This document shows, in pieces, positions 1 through 8,843 of a stretch of DNA of 32,000 bases. The stretch's first letter is position 1; each line of letters starts with the position of its first letter. Position numbers and translations under genes: made by a program. Source of the DNA: Trichodesmium erythraeum IMS101 (lineage in GTDB: Bacteria; Cyanobacteriota; Cyanobacteriia; Cyanobacteriales; Microcoleaceae); assembly GCF_000014265.1 (NCBI RefSeq), contig NC_008312.1, positions 5,670,001-5,702,000 on the forward strand, in the 5' to 3' direction. A model generated the notes under the pieces. That model worked only from the letters and a program-made list of their open reading frames with translations. It had not been told where the DNA came from and made no database searches.

Positions 1-1
1 A

Positions 2-295
2 TTAGTTCATGTGAAATTTTTTACCGAAGGCATGAGTAGTGGAAAAGGTTTTATTGCCTTAGCAGCCATAATCTTTGGTAGATGGCATCCAGTTTATACC
101 GTTTTAGCCTGTTTATTATTTGGAGCAACAGAAGCTTTGCAATTGAGAGTTCAAGCTTTTAATCTAAACATTCCCTATCAATTTTTAAAAATGTTACCTT
201 ATATTATTACTCTATTAGCCTTAATTGGTTTAGCAGGTAAATCTACCCCTCCTGCTGCTTTAGGAAAAGTGTATTTTAAAGATAGTAAAAATTAG
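2..295 (+). CDS. ABC transporter permease, C-terminal fragment (gene continues upstream of the window)
   Basis: The frame is open from the window edge, and the listed M at 11 is a GTG inside it. The product is strongly hydrophobic. The segment GKGFIALAAIIFGRWHPV...LFGATEALQLRVQ resembles the conserved C-terminal region of BMP/ribose-type (BPD_transp_2) permeases, recalled from memory and not searched. Confidence 0.6.
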   Translation, partial: LVHVKFFTEGMSSGKGFIALAAIIFGRWHPVYTVLACLLFGATEALQLRVQAFNLNIPYQFLKMLPYIITLLALIGLAGKSTPPAALGKVYFKDSKN

Positions 296-687
296 GAGGT
301 GTAGTAGAGGAGAAAATTTTCCGAAAAATAGCTACTGACACTTAAACAAAACATAACTAGAAAACAGACTCAAATTATCTTCACCTTAATGCTTATACTT
401 TGGCGGATATTACCAGATAGCAGAAAGCACTTATTCTCAAAGGTTAATTCCAATTGCGGCTATATTTTATACGCAAACTTTATACACAAACAATGCTACC
501 AAACATGATTAAAAACTAAGTAAGGACCTTCTATAGAACATCCCTACTTAGGCTTCTAAAATCACCCAGACTGTTGAATCAAGTAATCTCTAGAGCAACT
601 AATAGCAATGCTTCAACAGAACTATCAGCAAATAAATACAAACTCATATGTGAAAGTGACAGCTATTGAAAAACCGTATTTCTCTAC

Positions 688-2076
688 TCAACCAGACGTT
701 AAAATAGGCTGGCTAACTTTCTGCCACGATTTTTTTGGTTTCACAACCATCCGCATATTTGCTGGTGGCGCCATAGTTAACCCTCTCCGGACAGGGCTAA
801 TTCTTTGGTTAGGCAATAACTTAAGTTCCCACTGTGATAAAATTGTTGCCAATACCAATTTCATTTCAAATAAAGCAAAAGCTGAACCTATACAACGACG
901 ACTACCCCCTCCAAATGGTAAATATTCATAAGGTGAAAATTGTCTTTCCAGAAAACGTTCTGGTTTAAACTTTTTAGGTTCTGGATAAATATCCTCCCGA
1001 TGATGAGTCAGATAAATAGGCACTATCGCCACCATTCCCGGTTCAAGTTGATAACCCATAATTTCTATAGGTTTCTGAACAACTCTAGGGAAAGCATTCA
1101 TAGCAATAGGATAAATGCGAAGAGTTTCTTGACAAATAGCGCTGAGGTAAGGAAGTTTAGTAATAGCAACTTGATCCGAGTTACTAGGAATAGTTGCTAA
1201 TTCTGCCATGAGTTTTTCACCCACTGATGGGATCATATCAATCCAATATAATGCCCATGCTAAAGCTGATGCCGTAGTTTCGTGACCAGCGAAAAGCATT
1301 GTCAGTAGTTCATCCTTAATTTCTTCGTCGCTCATAGCATTACCTGCTTCATCACGGGCTTCTAGTAATAAACTAAGAATATCATCACGATGATTTCCTT
1401 CTTTCTTTGCAGTTTGAATTTCTGCAATTATTAGTTCATGGAGTTCTTGCTTTTTGCGCAAAAATCTCCCCCATGGACTCCAAGGACCCCAGTCTTTTCG
1501 TAAAAAATTGAAGAACAGAAAAGTAGAGCTGAGGGGAGAACTCATAGAGTCTAGAAGATCAGACATAAGAACTCTAAGTTTTTCATAACTTTTTCCTTCT
1601 TGATCTAAACCAAATACAGCAGCAAGAATTACTTTGAGAGATATTTCTTGAGTTGACTTGCGAATAGGAAAAGGTTGTTCTATTTTCCACTGACTAATAA
1701 CATTAGAAGTGATGTTATAGATTAGGTCTCCATATTTACGCATCCGATCACCATGAAAAGGTGGCATTAATAGTTTTCTTTGTCGTTTGTGGCGATCGCC
1801 ATCTTGGAGCAATAGAGAATTTAGGCCCACAAAATATTTTAAAATACCATTTATACTTCCTGAGGTAAAAGTATCAGGATCCGCGGTAAAAATTTGTTGA
1901 ATGGCTTTAGGATTGCAGAAGTAGATGAAAGGATACAAGGAGTTAGTATTCGTTCTAAAGATATCTCCATATTCAGAGTATCGCTCTTCTATGGCAGATA
2001 AGGGACTAAAAATAAATTTCCATGTCCGGAGTCTTCGTTGTAATGGTGACAGACTTGGGCCATCAGGTAGGGTCAT
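688..2076 (-). CDS. cytochrome P450
   Basis: 462 aa. Motifs: heme-thiolate loop FGGGSRRCIGSAFA (FxxGxRxCxG), I-helix AGHETT, K-helix ETLR (ExxR), and PERF motif FKPERF. Confidence 0.93.
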   Translation of the reverse strand: MTLPDGPSLSPLQRRLRTWKFIFSPLSAIEERYSEYGDIFRTNTNSLYPFIYFCNPKAIQQIFTADPDTFTSGSINGILKYFVGLNSLLLQDGDRHKRQRKLLMPPFHGDRMRKYGDLIYNITSNVISQWKIEQPFPIRKSTQEISLKVILAAVFGLDQEGKSYEKLRVLMSDLLDSMSSPLSSTFLFFNFLRKDWGPWSPWGRFLRKKQELHELIIAEIQTAKKEGNHRDDILSLLLEARDEAGNAMSDEEIKDELLTMLFAGHETTASALAWALYWIDMIPSVGEKLMAELATIPSNSDQVAITKLPYLSAICQETLRIYPIAMNAFPRVVQKPIEIMGYQLEPGMVAIVPIYLTHHREDIYPEPKKFKPERFLERQFSPYEYLPFGGGSRRCIGSAFALFEMKLVLATILSQWELKLLPNQRISPVRRGLTMAPPANMRMVVKPKKSWQKVSQPILTSG

Positions 2077-2384
2077 ATTATAATTTTTGTGATACTTAAT
2101 TAAGTTCTATTTTATCTATTTTATCTATATTAATGGCCACAAAAAAACCAAATATTAGGCTCAATTCTGTAAAAATGATTAAAATTAAACACTTATGTAT
2201 CGTATATCACTTTTAGTTGATACTTTATAGAATTATTTTGTTGCCTAGACTTAGTATAAGGAATATAATATAAACATCTACTCTCACCTCATTTAAAAGT
2301 TTCCTATAGAAAAACTCCTGTATGGTAAAGCTAGTAAGTATACTAACCTGATCTACTGAAATTAAATTGAAGACAGTAAAATTT

Positions 2385-2390
2385 AAGGAG
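2385..2390 (+). promoter_or_regulatory. Shine-Dalgarno-like AAGGAG, 5 nt upstream of the glgP ATG
   Basis: The sequence reads aaggag-cgcta-ATG at 2385-2398. Confidence 0.6.
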
Positions 2391-2395
2391 CGCTA

Positions 2396-4945
2396 ATGAA
2401 TAAACCTGTAAATAAATCTGTAAACTCTACTACTAAAACTCAAATTCAAATAGAAGACGATCGCACAGGCATGAGTGTCAAGACTCTGAGAAGGGCCTTA
2501 GCTGATAATTTATTTTATCTACAAGGGACTTATGAGTCAATGGCAAAAAAGGACGATTTTTATCGTGCTTTAGCTTATACTATACGCGATCGCCTACTCC
2601 AACGCTTTCTCTCTACAATTCGTACCTACAATGAGAAAGATGTTAAAGTAGTATACTACCTATCGGCCGAATTCCTCATGGGTCGTCACCTAGGTAATAG
2701 TTTAATTAACCTAGGCATATATGAAGAAATTCGTCAAGCCGTTAGCGAATCTGGATTGAACTTAGATGAACTACTAGAACAAGAAGACGATCCAGGTTTA
2801 GGAAACGGGGGTTTGGGTAGGTTAGCAGCTTGTTTTTTGGACTCTCTAGCTACCCTAGAAATTCCCGCTATAGGTCATGGTATTCGTTATGAATTCGGCA
2901 TTTTCACCCAAAACATACAGGATGGGTGGCAAGCAGAAATACCAGATAAATGGCTGCGCTTTGGAAACCCCTGGGAAATAGCTCGTCCAGGAGAACAGGT
3001 AGAAGTCAAGTTTGGTGGCACCACAGAAGGATATCATGATGAGAAAGGTAATTATCGGGTAACATGGGTTCCAGCTCAAACTGTTGTGGGTATCCCCTAT
3101 GACACTCCCGTTCCTGGCTATAAAGTCAATACAGTTAATCCCCTACGTCTTTGGCGTGCAGAAGCCAGTGTAGATTTTAAGTTTGAAGAATTCAATTCTG
3201 GAAACTACGATGGTGCAGTAGCAGAAAAAATGAGTTCAGAGACCATATCAAAAGTACTCTACCCGAATGACAACACTCCCCAAGGTAAAGAACTTCGGCT
3301 CAAACAACAATATTTCTTTGTTTCCTGTGCTTTACAAGATATTCTCCGCCGGCATTTATTGCACAACCAAAACTTAGATAACTTAAGCGATAAAACAGCA
3401 ATTCAATTAAATGATACTCACCCTGCTGTTGCTATTGTGGAAATGATGCGGTTGTTCATAGATGAGTATGATATTGACTGGGATCGTGCTTGGCATATTA
3501 CTCAACATACTTTTGCCTATACTAACCATACCTTATTACCAGAAGCGTTAGAACGGTGGGGGATCACCTTGTTTGGTAGTTTGCTACCTCGACATTTAGA
3601 GCTCATCTATGAAATTAATCGGCGCTTCATAGAGCAAGTACAAACTTGGTATCCTAAAGATAAAGAGTTAATCTCTCGTATATCTATAATTGAGGAAAGC
3701 CCAGAAAAAGCAGTGAGGATGGCTAATTTAGCGACTATAGGCAGTCATGCGGTCAATGGGGTAGCAGCTCTACACACAGAATTGCTCAAAAAAGGCGTAC
3801 TTCAAGATTTCTACAAACTTTTCCCAGAAAAGTTCATGAATAAAACTAATGGAGTAACCCCCCGTCGTTGGATTTTATTATGTAATCCTAAACTTTCGGC
3901 CTTATTCTCTGAGAAACTAGGAGATAGTTGGTTACGAAATTTAGATCAACTCAAGGAACTTGAAAAATATGTTGATGATGTAGAATTTTGTAAACGTTGG
4001 CGACAAATTAAGCAGGAAAATAAAGCTAAACTAGCAGAATACATTTTAAAACATAATCGGATAGAAGTGGATACTAATTCTCTGTTTGATATTCAAGTCA
4101 AACGTATCCATGAGTATAAACGCCAACATTTGGATTTATTCCACATCATTACTCTTTACAACCGCATTAAGCAAAATCCTAAGATTAATATTCAACCTCG
4201 CACATTCATTTTTGGTGGCAAGGCAGCTCCTGGTTACTATATGGCTAAGTTAATTATTAAGTTGACTAATGTTGTAGCTGATATAGTTAACAACGACCCA
4301 GATGTGCACGGTCGTTTGAAAGTAGTTTTCTTGGCTAACTTTAATGCTTCATTAGGTCAGTTAATTTATCCTGCTGCTGATTTATCCGAGCAAATTTCTA
4401 CTGCTGGCAAAGAAGCATCGGGAACTGGTAATATGAAGTTTGCCATGAATGGAGCGATGACTATTGGTACTTTTGATGGAGCTAATATTGAGATTCGAGA
4501 AGAGGTGGGAGCAGAAAACTTCTTCCTTTTTGGTCTAACTGCTGAAGAAGTTTTTGATTTGAAGGCTAAGGGTTATCAACCTTTAGATTACTATAATACA
4601 AATTCAGAGTTAAAGGCTGTGATTGATCGAATTACTAGTAGTCAGTTTAGCAAAGGTCATCCTAATTTATTCAAGCCTCTGATTAACTCTATACTGTACA
4701 ATGATCAATATATGCTATTAGCTGACTATCAGGCTTATATTGAATGTCAGGAAAAAGTTAGTCAAGTTTTCCAAGACCCCAAAAAATGGACAAAAATGTC
4801 TATTTATAATTCTGTTCGCATGGGTAAATTTTCTTCTGACCGTACAATTCTTGAGTACGCGAAAGAAATTTGGGGAGCAACACCAGTTAAGATTAATCAA
4901 GGAAAATATAATCAAAATGATGCTGGTTTGAAAGTAGATAATTAA
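2396..4945 (+). CDS. glgP: glycogen/alpha-glucan phosphorylase
   Basis: 849 aa. It carries the PLP-lysine signature EASGTGNMKFAMNGA, plus GLGNGGLGRLAACFLDS and TNHTLLPEALE blocks typical of GT35 phosphorylases. Confidence 0.96.
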   Translation: MNKPVNKSVNSTTKTQIQIEDDRTGMSVKTLRRALADNLFYLQGTYESMAKKDDFYRALAYTIRDRLLQRFLSTIRTYNEKDVKVVYYLSAEFLMGRHLGNSLINLGIYEEIRQAVSESGLNLDELLEQEDDPGLGNGGLGRLAACFLDSLATLEIPAIGHGIRYEFGIFTQNIQDGWQAEIPDKWLRFGNPWEIARPGEQVEVKFGGTTEGYHDEKGNYRVTWVPAQTVVGIPYDTPVPGYKVNTVNPLRLWRAEASVDFKFEEFNSGNYDGAVAEKMSSETISKVLYPNDNTPQGKELRLKQQYFFVSCALQDILRRHLLHNQNLDNLSDKTAIQLNDTHPAVAIVEMMRLFIDEYDIDWDRAWHITQHTFAYTNHTLLPEALERWGITLFGSLLPRHLELIYEINRRFIEQVQTWYPKDKELISRISIIEESPEKAVRMANLATIGSHAVNGVAALHTELLKKGVLQDFYKLFPEKFMNKTNGVTPRRWILLCNPKLSALFSEKLGDSWLRNLDQLKELEKYVDDVEFCKRWRQIKQENKAKLAEYILKHNRIEVDTNSLFDIQVKRIHEYKRQHLDLFHIITLYNRIKQNPKINIQPRTFIFGGKAAPGYYMAKLIIKLTNVVADIVNNDPDVHGRLKVVFLANFNASLGQLIYPAADLSEQISTAGKEASGTGNMKFAMNGAMTIGTFDGANIEIREEVGAENFFLFGLTAEEVFDLKAKGYQPLDYYNTNSELKAVIDRITSSQFSKGHPNLFKPLINSILYNDQYMLLADYQAYIECQEKVSQVFQDPKKWTKMSIYNSVRMGKFSSDRTILEYAKEIWGATPVKINQGKYNQNDAGLKVDN

Positions 4946-5010
4946 TTGGTCTAATTTTTAATTTTGTAGGATCAGGTATAAAACTGATTTGATTTAAGTT
5001 AATCTGATGA

Positions 5011-5042
5011 AGAGACATTCTTAGGAATGTCTCTTTATTATT
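5011..5042 (+). terminator. rho-independent terminator candidate downstream of glgP
   Basis: Perfect 10-bp stem AGAGACATTC / GAATGTCTCT with loop TTAG, followed by the T-rich tail TTATTATT. It lies 66 nt after the glgP stop. Confidence 0.6.
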
Positions 5043-5208
5043 AGAGAAGTTAAAGGCAAAAGGCAAATGGCAGGAGGATGAAATTCTCAATCATTTGTAG
5101 GTGTTAAGTCATGCATTCATAGATTAAGATTTTATAGACTCAAAACTTTGATACTACAGTAATTTCAGAAAATTATTGGTAATATTCTTTGGGGAATTAG
5201 TATAAATC

Positions 5209-5312
5209 TCATTATATTAACACACTAGGCAGTCAATCAGTCTTCTCCATTGACTAGTCATCATTATATTAACACATTAGGCACTCAATCAGTCTTTTCC
5301 AGTTACTAGTCA
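5209..5312. repeat. 2 x 52-bp direct tandem repeat
   Basis: The units at 5209-5260 and 5261-5312 align base for base with about 6 mismatches. Each ends in the palindrome-like TGACTAGTCA / TTACTAGTCA. Confidence 0.85.
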
Positions 5313-5523
5313 TCTCAGGTAAGTCCTGTAATCTTTAAACTTAAACAATAACTATGTATGATAGGTTGACACGAGGAACTAACAATATCGTCCATAAAGA
5401 GACAAATGGTTATAATTCTCCGGCTCCTTGGCATTATTTTATAGAAACCATTTGGTATCTTTTGAGGAATAAGGTATATAGTTAAGTAGCGATCGCCAAT
5501 TATCCTAAACAAAAGTTAGGCAA

Positions 5524-6317
5524 ATGCCATATTCAAGCAGTTTAACAGATCAAAAATGGGTTCTGATTTAACCATCCCATACCAAAAAAGAAGAAAACTT
5601 GTCCAACAAAATGGAGCAAGAGAGAAATTTTAGATGGTATCTTGTATCAATTAAAAAATGGTTGTAACTGGTGCGATCTACCCAAAAATTTACCTCCTTA
5701 TTCAACAGTATTTTGGCATTATAAACAATGGCGAGAATCAGGGATAATTGAGAAAATTAGAGATATATTGCATTATCAAGTACGTCAACAGGTAAAAAAA
5801 GCGCTCCGGGACAACTTTAATAATCATTGATTCACAAGCGGTAAAAAATACTTGTAATGCTAGAGTCAAGTCCAAGGGATTCTGTTTTTACAAGGCTAAT
5901 AAAGGAATTAAGAGAAACCTAGCAGTAGATAGTCTCGGCTTTCCTTTTTTTACTCATTGTACGAAAGCATCAGTATCTGATGATGTTGGATGAATAGAAA
6001 TGTTATCAGATAATATTAACTATTTTAGATCTAAACCAATTAACATTCCTAAAATTACTATCTTACTTGATAATGGATATCACCCCGAAAAAATCATACA
6101 GGAGTTAGAAAAAATTTATCCGGCAATTATGACCAAGATTCGGTTTAAACTATCACCAAAACCATCAAAGACGGAGAAAGAAAATCTTGGAAAAACAGGA
6201 TTTATTCCTGTGAAAGTAAGGTGGGTCATAGAAAGAACTAATTCCTGGATGGAAAGGTGTAAAAGCTTGACCAAAAAAATTGATGCGAACCCTGGAAAAT
6301 TCTACTGCCAAGATTAA
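5524..6317 (+). pseudogene. IS5-family (IS427/IS1031-like) transposase, degraded
   Basis: Fragments in three frames: MPYSSSLTDQKWVLI*, then ..KWSKREILDGILYQLKNGCNWCDLPKNLPPYSTVFWHYKQWRESGII.., then ..LIIIDSQAVKNTCNA..DSLGFPFF..LLDNGYHPEKI..VRWVIERTNSWMERCKSL. These are classic IS5-family blocks. Lesions include an early TAA at 5569 and an in-frame TGA at 5990-5992. The element ends were not identified. Confidence 0.8.
5794..5800 (+). promoter_or_regulatory. A7 slippery heptamer (candidate programmed -1 frameshift site of the IS5-family transposase)
   Basis: A -1 slip on gtAAAAAAAg joins ..QVRQQVKK to KRSGTTLIIIDSQAVKN, which is the expected orfA-orfB junction of this IS group. Confidence 0.5.
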
Positions 6318-6446
6318 TATTTGTTTTATTCGACTAATGCTTAAGAGATTGGCGTTGGAAGAGGATGGTGGCGGTAGCTATATCGCCTAAGTTTTGAGAG
6401 ATACACTCAGGGGTTCCATACAAAATTATTCGTATTGACGCACTAC

Positions 6447-6523
6447 TACGGTGCTTATTTGTTGGGTTTCGTTCTGCGACCCAACCTACAGGGCTGACTA
6501 TCCCCTATCCCGTAACCCCTGTT
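6447..6523. repeat. dispersed ~77-bp repeat, copy 1 (contains the GTTGGGTTTCG...CGACCCAAC hairpin)
   Basis: tacggtgcttatttgttgggtttcgttctgcgacccaacctacagggctgactatcccctatcccgtaacccctgtt. A near-identical copy lies 310 bp downstream. Confidence 0.85.
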
Positions 6524-6756
6524 TTCTAATCTAATACAGCACTTGACCTTGTTATGAGGTATCTCTAAGGGAGCAAGATGCTTGCACTACATAATTTTAT
6601 AATTTTTACTATCCATTTTGTACCTTATATCCCGAAATCTGCTGTATCATTTCCGGATAATCGTTCGTCAACCACTATTATAGCAGTAAGTATTATGGTT
6701 AGGATACTTATAAATACTAAAATAATTCAGGGACTACCTTTGACCTTTGAATTAGT

Positions 6757-6832
6757 ACGGTACTTATTTGTTGGGTTTCGTTCTGAAACCAAACCTACAG
6801 GGCTAACTATTCCCTACTCCGTACCCCCTGTT
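6757..6832. repeat. dispersed ~77-bp repeat, copy 2 (overlaps the 3' end of the ictB-like gene)
   Basis: tacggtacttatttgttgggtttcgttctgaaaccaaacctacagggctaactattccctactccgtaccccctgtt. Same orientation as copy 1, with about 85-90 percent identity by eye. Confidence 0.85.
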
Positions 6833-8192
6833 GACTGCTATAACTAGCAATAATAGCCACCATCAACCACCAAATAGTATTAACTTGGGGACGATACCAG
6901 ACCGTATCCACCAAACCATGACCTATCAAGCCCACCATAGCAGCTATCGCACCAATTAACCAATATCCTTGAGGGTTATCAGCATCTCGCAAACGTTTCA
7001 ACTGCAATACACCCTGATTAAAAGTCACCAAAAGCAACCACAAAAAAGCAGTCAAACCAATAAAACCAGTTTCCACAACAATTTCCAAAGGCACAGAATA
7101 AGAACTCAAAGCACTATAACGGGGACGCTGATAGAGAGGATAAATCTTATTAAACACATCATTACCCGGTCCAATACCCAAAATAGGGCGATCGCGAATC
7201 ATATCAAAAACAGACATCCAAACATTCATCCGAAAATTATTACTGCTATCTTGACGACCCGCAAAAACACTCAGGACGCGATCGCGCAAAGGTTCTAACA
7301 ACACCACCGCTAAAATCAACAACCCGGCAAAACTACCCACAGCTATAGGCAGAGACCAAATTTGCCAAAAACTGGGCATATAGCTCCTCCACCAATACCA
7401 CATTAAAATCAACATAGCAAACATCAAAGCTAAAAACCCAATCCAACTACCTCGACTACCTGTATAACGCAAACAAGCACAACTCACCAGCAATATTGTT
7501 ACTGCCAGAGATTTTCGAGCCCAACTACTCCAAGCAAAAATTGCCACAAAACTCAAAGCAATAGCAGGCAACAAATATCCACCCAATAAATTAGGATTTC
7601 CCAAATAACTATAAACACGAGTCGCACCTGCTTGAGCAGAAGTAGGATCATTCCAGGTAGCCAGAGGTTCAACCTTATCTATCCATTGGCGAATACCATA
7701 AAAACTAACAACTAGAGAAACCAACAAATAAATATTGATTAACCAAGAGCGGAGTCTAGGGGATCTTAATACCAAAGACCCCGAAGCAAACAACAATAAA
7801 TAAAGAGTCAACTTTACCCAGCCACTAAAAGCAGCAGTCTTTGCCGGAGATATCACCACTGCCAATGTCGCAATACTCCAGTAGAGGAATATTAATAGAT
7901 GAATAGGAGTTAAATATTCCTGGGTGTTATCCGAGACCTTCAGCAATACCCAAAAACCAGCGCTAGCAAGTAATAAGAAACCAATGAGAGTAGTATTTAC
8001 AAAAGGAGCTAGAGTAAATACAATTGCTAGCAACACAAAACCAAGAGGTTCTCCCCATTGCATTAACCAACTACCACGTCGCCAGTTATAGAGGGAACCA
8101 TTAAGTAAACCATAGAGATAGCTTGCATTTAACCATTCAGAGTCAGAGAATGAGAGATTAGTTAGTGTTAACTTTTTCCAAACTGAGTTCAT
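6807..8192 (-). CDS. ictB: IctB-family O-antigen-ligase-like membrane protein (putative bicarbonate transporter family)
   Basis: 461 aa and polytopic. Blocks RVYSYLGNPNLLGGYL, LEPLRDRVLSVFAGRQDSSNNFRMNVW, ILGIGPGN, SAYSVPLE-like SSYSVPLEIVVETG and HGLVDTVWYRP match my recollection of Synechococcus IctB almost block for block. Confidence 0.85.
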   Translation of the reverse strand: MNSVWKKLTLTNLSFSDSEWLNASYLYGLLNGSLYNWRRGSWLMQWGEPLGFVLLAIVFTLAPFVNTTLIGFLLLASAGFWVLLKVSDNTQEYLTPIHLLIFLYWSIATLAVVISPAKTAAFSGWVKLTLYLLLFASGSLVLRSPRLRSWLINIYLLVSLVVSFYGIRQWIDKVEPLATWNDPTSAQAGATRVYSYLGNPNLLGGYLLPAIALSFVAIFAWSSWARKSLAVTILLVSCACLRYTGSRGSWIGFLALMFAMLILMWYWWRSYMPSFWQIWSLPIAVGSFAGLLILAVVLLEPLRDRVLSVFAGRQDSSNNFRMNVWMSVFDMIRDRPILGIGPGNDVFNKIYPLYQRPRYSALSSYSVPLEIVVETGFIGLTAFLWLLLVTFNQGVLQLKRLRDADNPQGYWLIGAIAAMVGLIGHGLVDTVWYRPQVNTIWWLMVAIIASYSSQQGVRSRE

Positions 8193-8522
8193 TGTTTATT
8201 TTATGATACCAACAAAAATAATAACAGGAGTTACCCACATAATAGAAATTATCCCATTTCTCAAAACTTATCTACATTTCCTAATAGTAGGAGACCCAGC
8301 CTCAACCCCGACTTTAGAGAGTAAGTGGGTAGGGACATTTGATCAGGACTTCTCTACAACATAAGAATAATTAACATGAACTTGGATCAAATTAAGCAAG
8401 AAGTTATTATAACCGTGTTCATCACTTAAATTTCTAAGGTGCTACCTAAGTATAGGATTAATGCATGGGAATTGGTATAGTACTATGTCCAGTTAAATAC
8501 TTATACTTTGGAGGATTTTGGT

Positions 8523-8577
8523 AGAAAGCAGAAAGCAGAAAGCAGAAAGCAGAAAGCAGAAAGCAGAAAGCAGAAGG
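8523..8577. repeat. heptanucleotide tandem array (AGAAAGC) x7 plus a partial unit, STRR-like
   Basis: Read directly from the sequence: seven perfect AGAAAGC units followed by AGAAGG. Confidence 0.95.
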
Positions 8578-8843
8578 ATAAAATTAACAATTATGGGAGA
8601 AAGTTTTTAATCAGTGATTATCCGGGTATGATATAAGTCCTGAAAATATTAAGCATTGACTTGATCACAGAATAATGATATAATAAAGAAAGTGTGCTAA
8701 TATAGAGACTCAGTTTTTTCCTAGATATCTATTATTAGTTAAAAATAACTATTTATCCCAGAAGCCTGGTATTTTTTAGCTTGAGTTGGAGGGAAAACTT
8801 TCAAGCCTCAAATAAATATCTAATGAATAAAAATTAGCCAACC

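Noticed and set aside
608-1200. Plus-strand ORFs 608-931 and 940-1200
   Set aside because: They lie entirely antisense to the motif-supported P450 gene, have low-complexity or odd composition, and carry no motifs.
2855-4931. ORFs 2855-3079(-), 4718-4915(-) and 4740-4931(+)
   Set aside because: They are embedded in, or out of frame with, glgP, which is supported along its whole length.
4893-5512. ORFs 4893-5090(-) and 5315-5512(-)
   Set aside because: The first overlaps the glgP 3' end and its terminator hairpin. The second lies in repeat or IS-flank sequence. Neither has motifs or a plausible start context.
5642-6317. ORFs 5642-5830 and 6000-6317 as independent genes
   Set aside because: They are fragments of one IS5-family transposase reading through a frameshift site and a nonsense mutation, so they are reported as a single pseudogene.
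6578-7298. ORFs 6578-6847(+) and 6969-7298(+)
   Set aside because: The first spans intergenic sequence and the dispersed repeat. The second is antisense to the ictB-like gene and has a biased Q/T/K composition.
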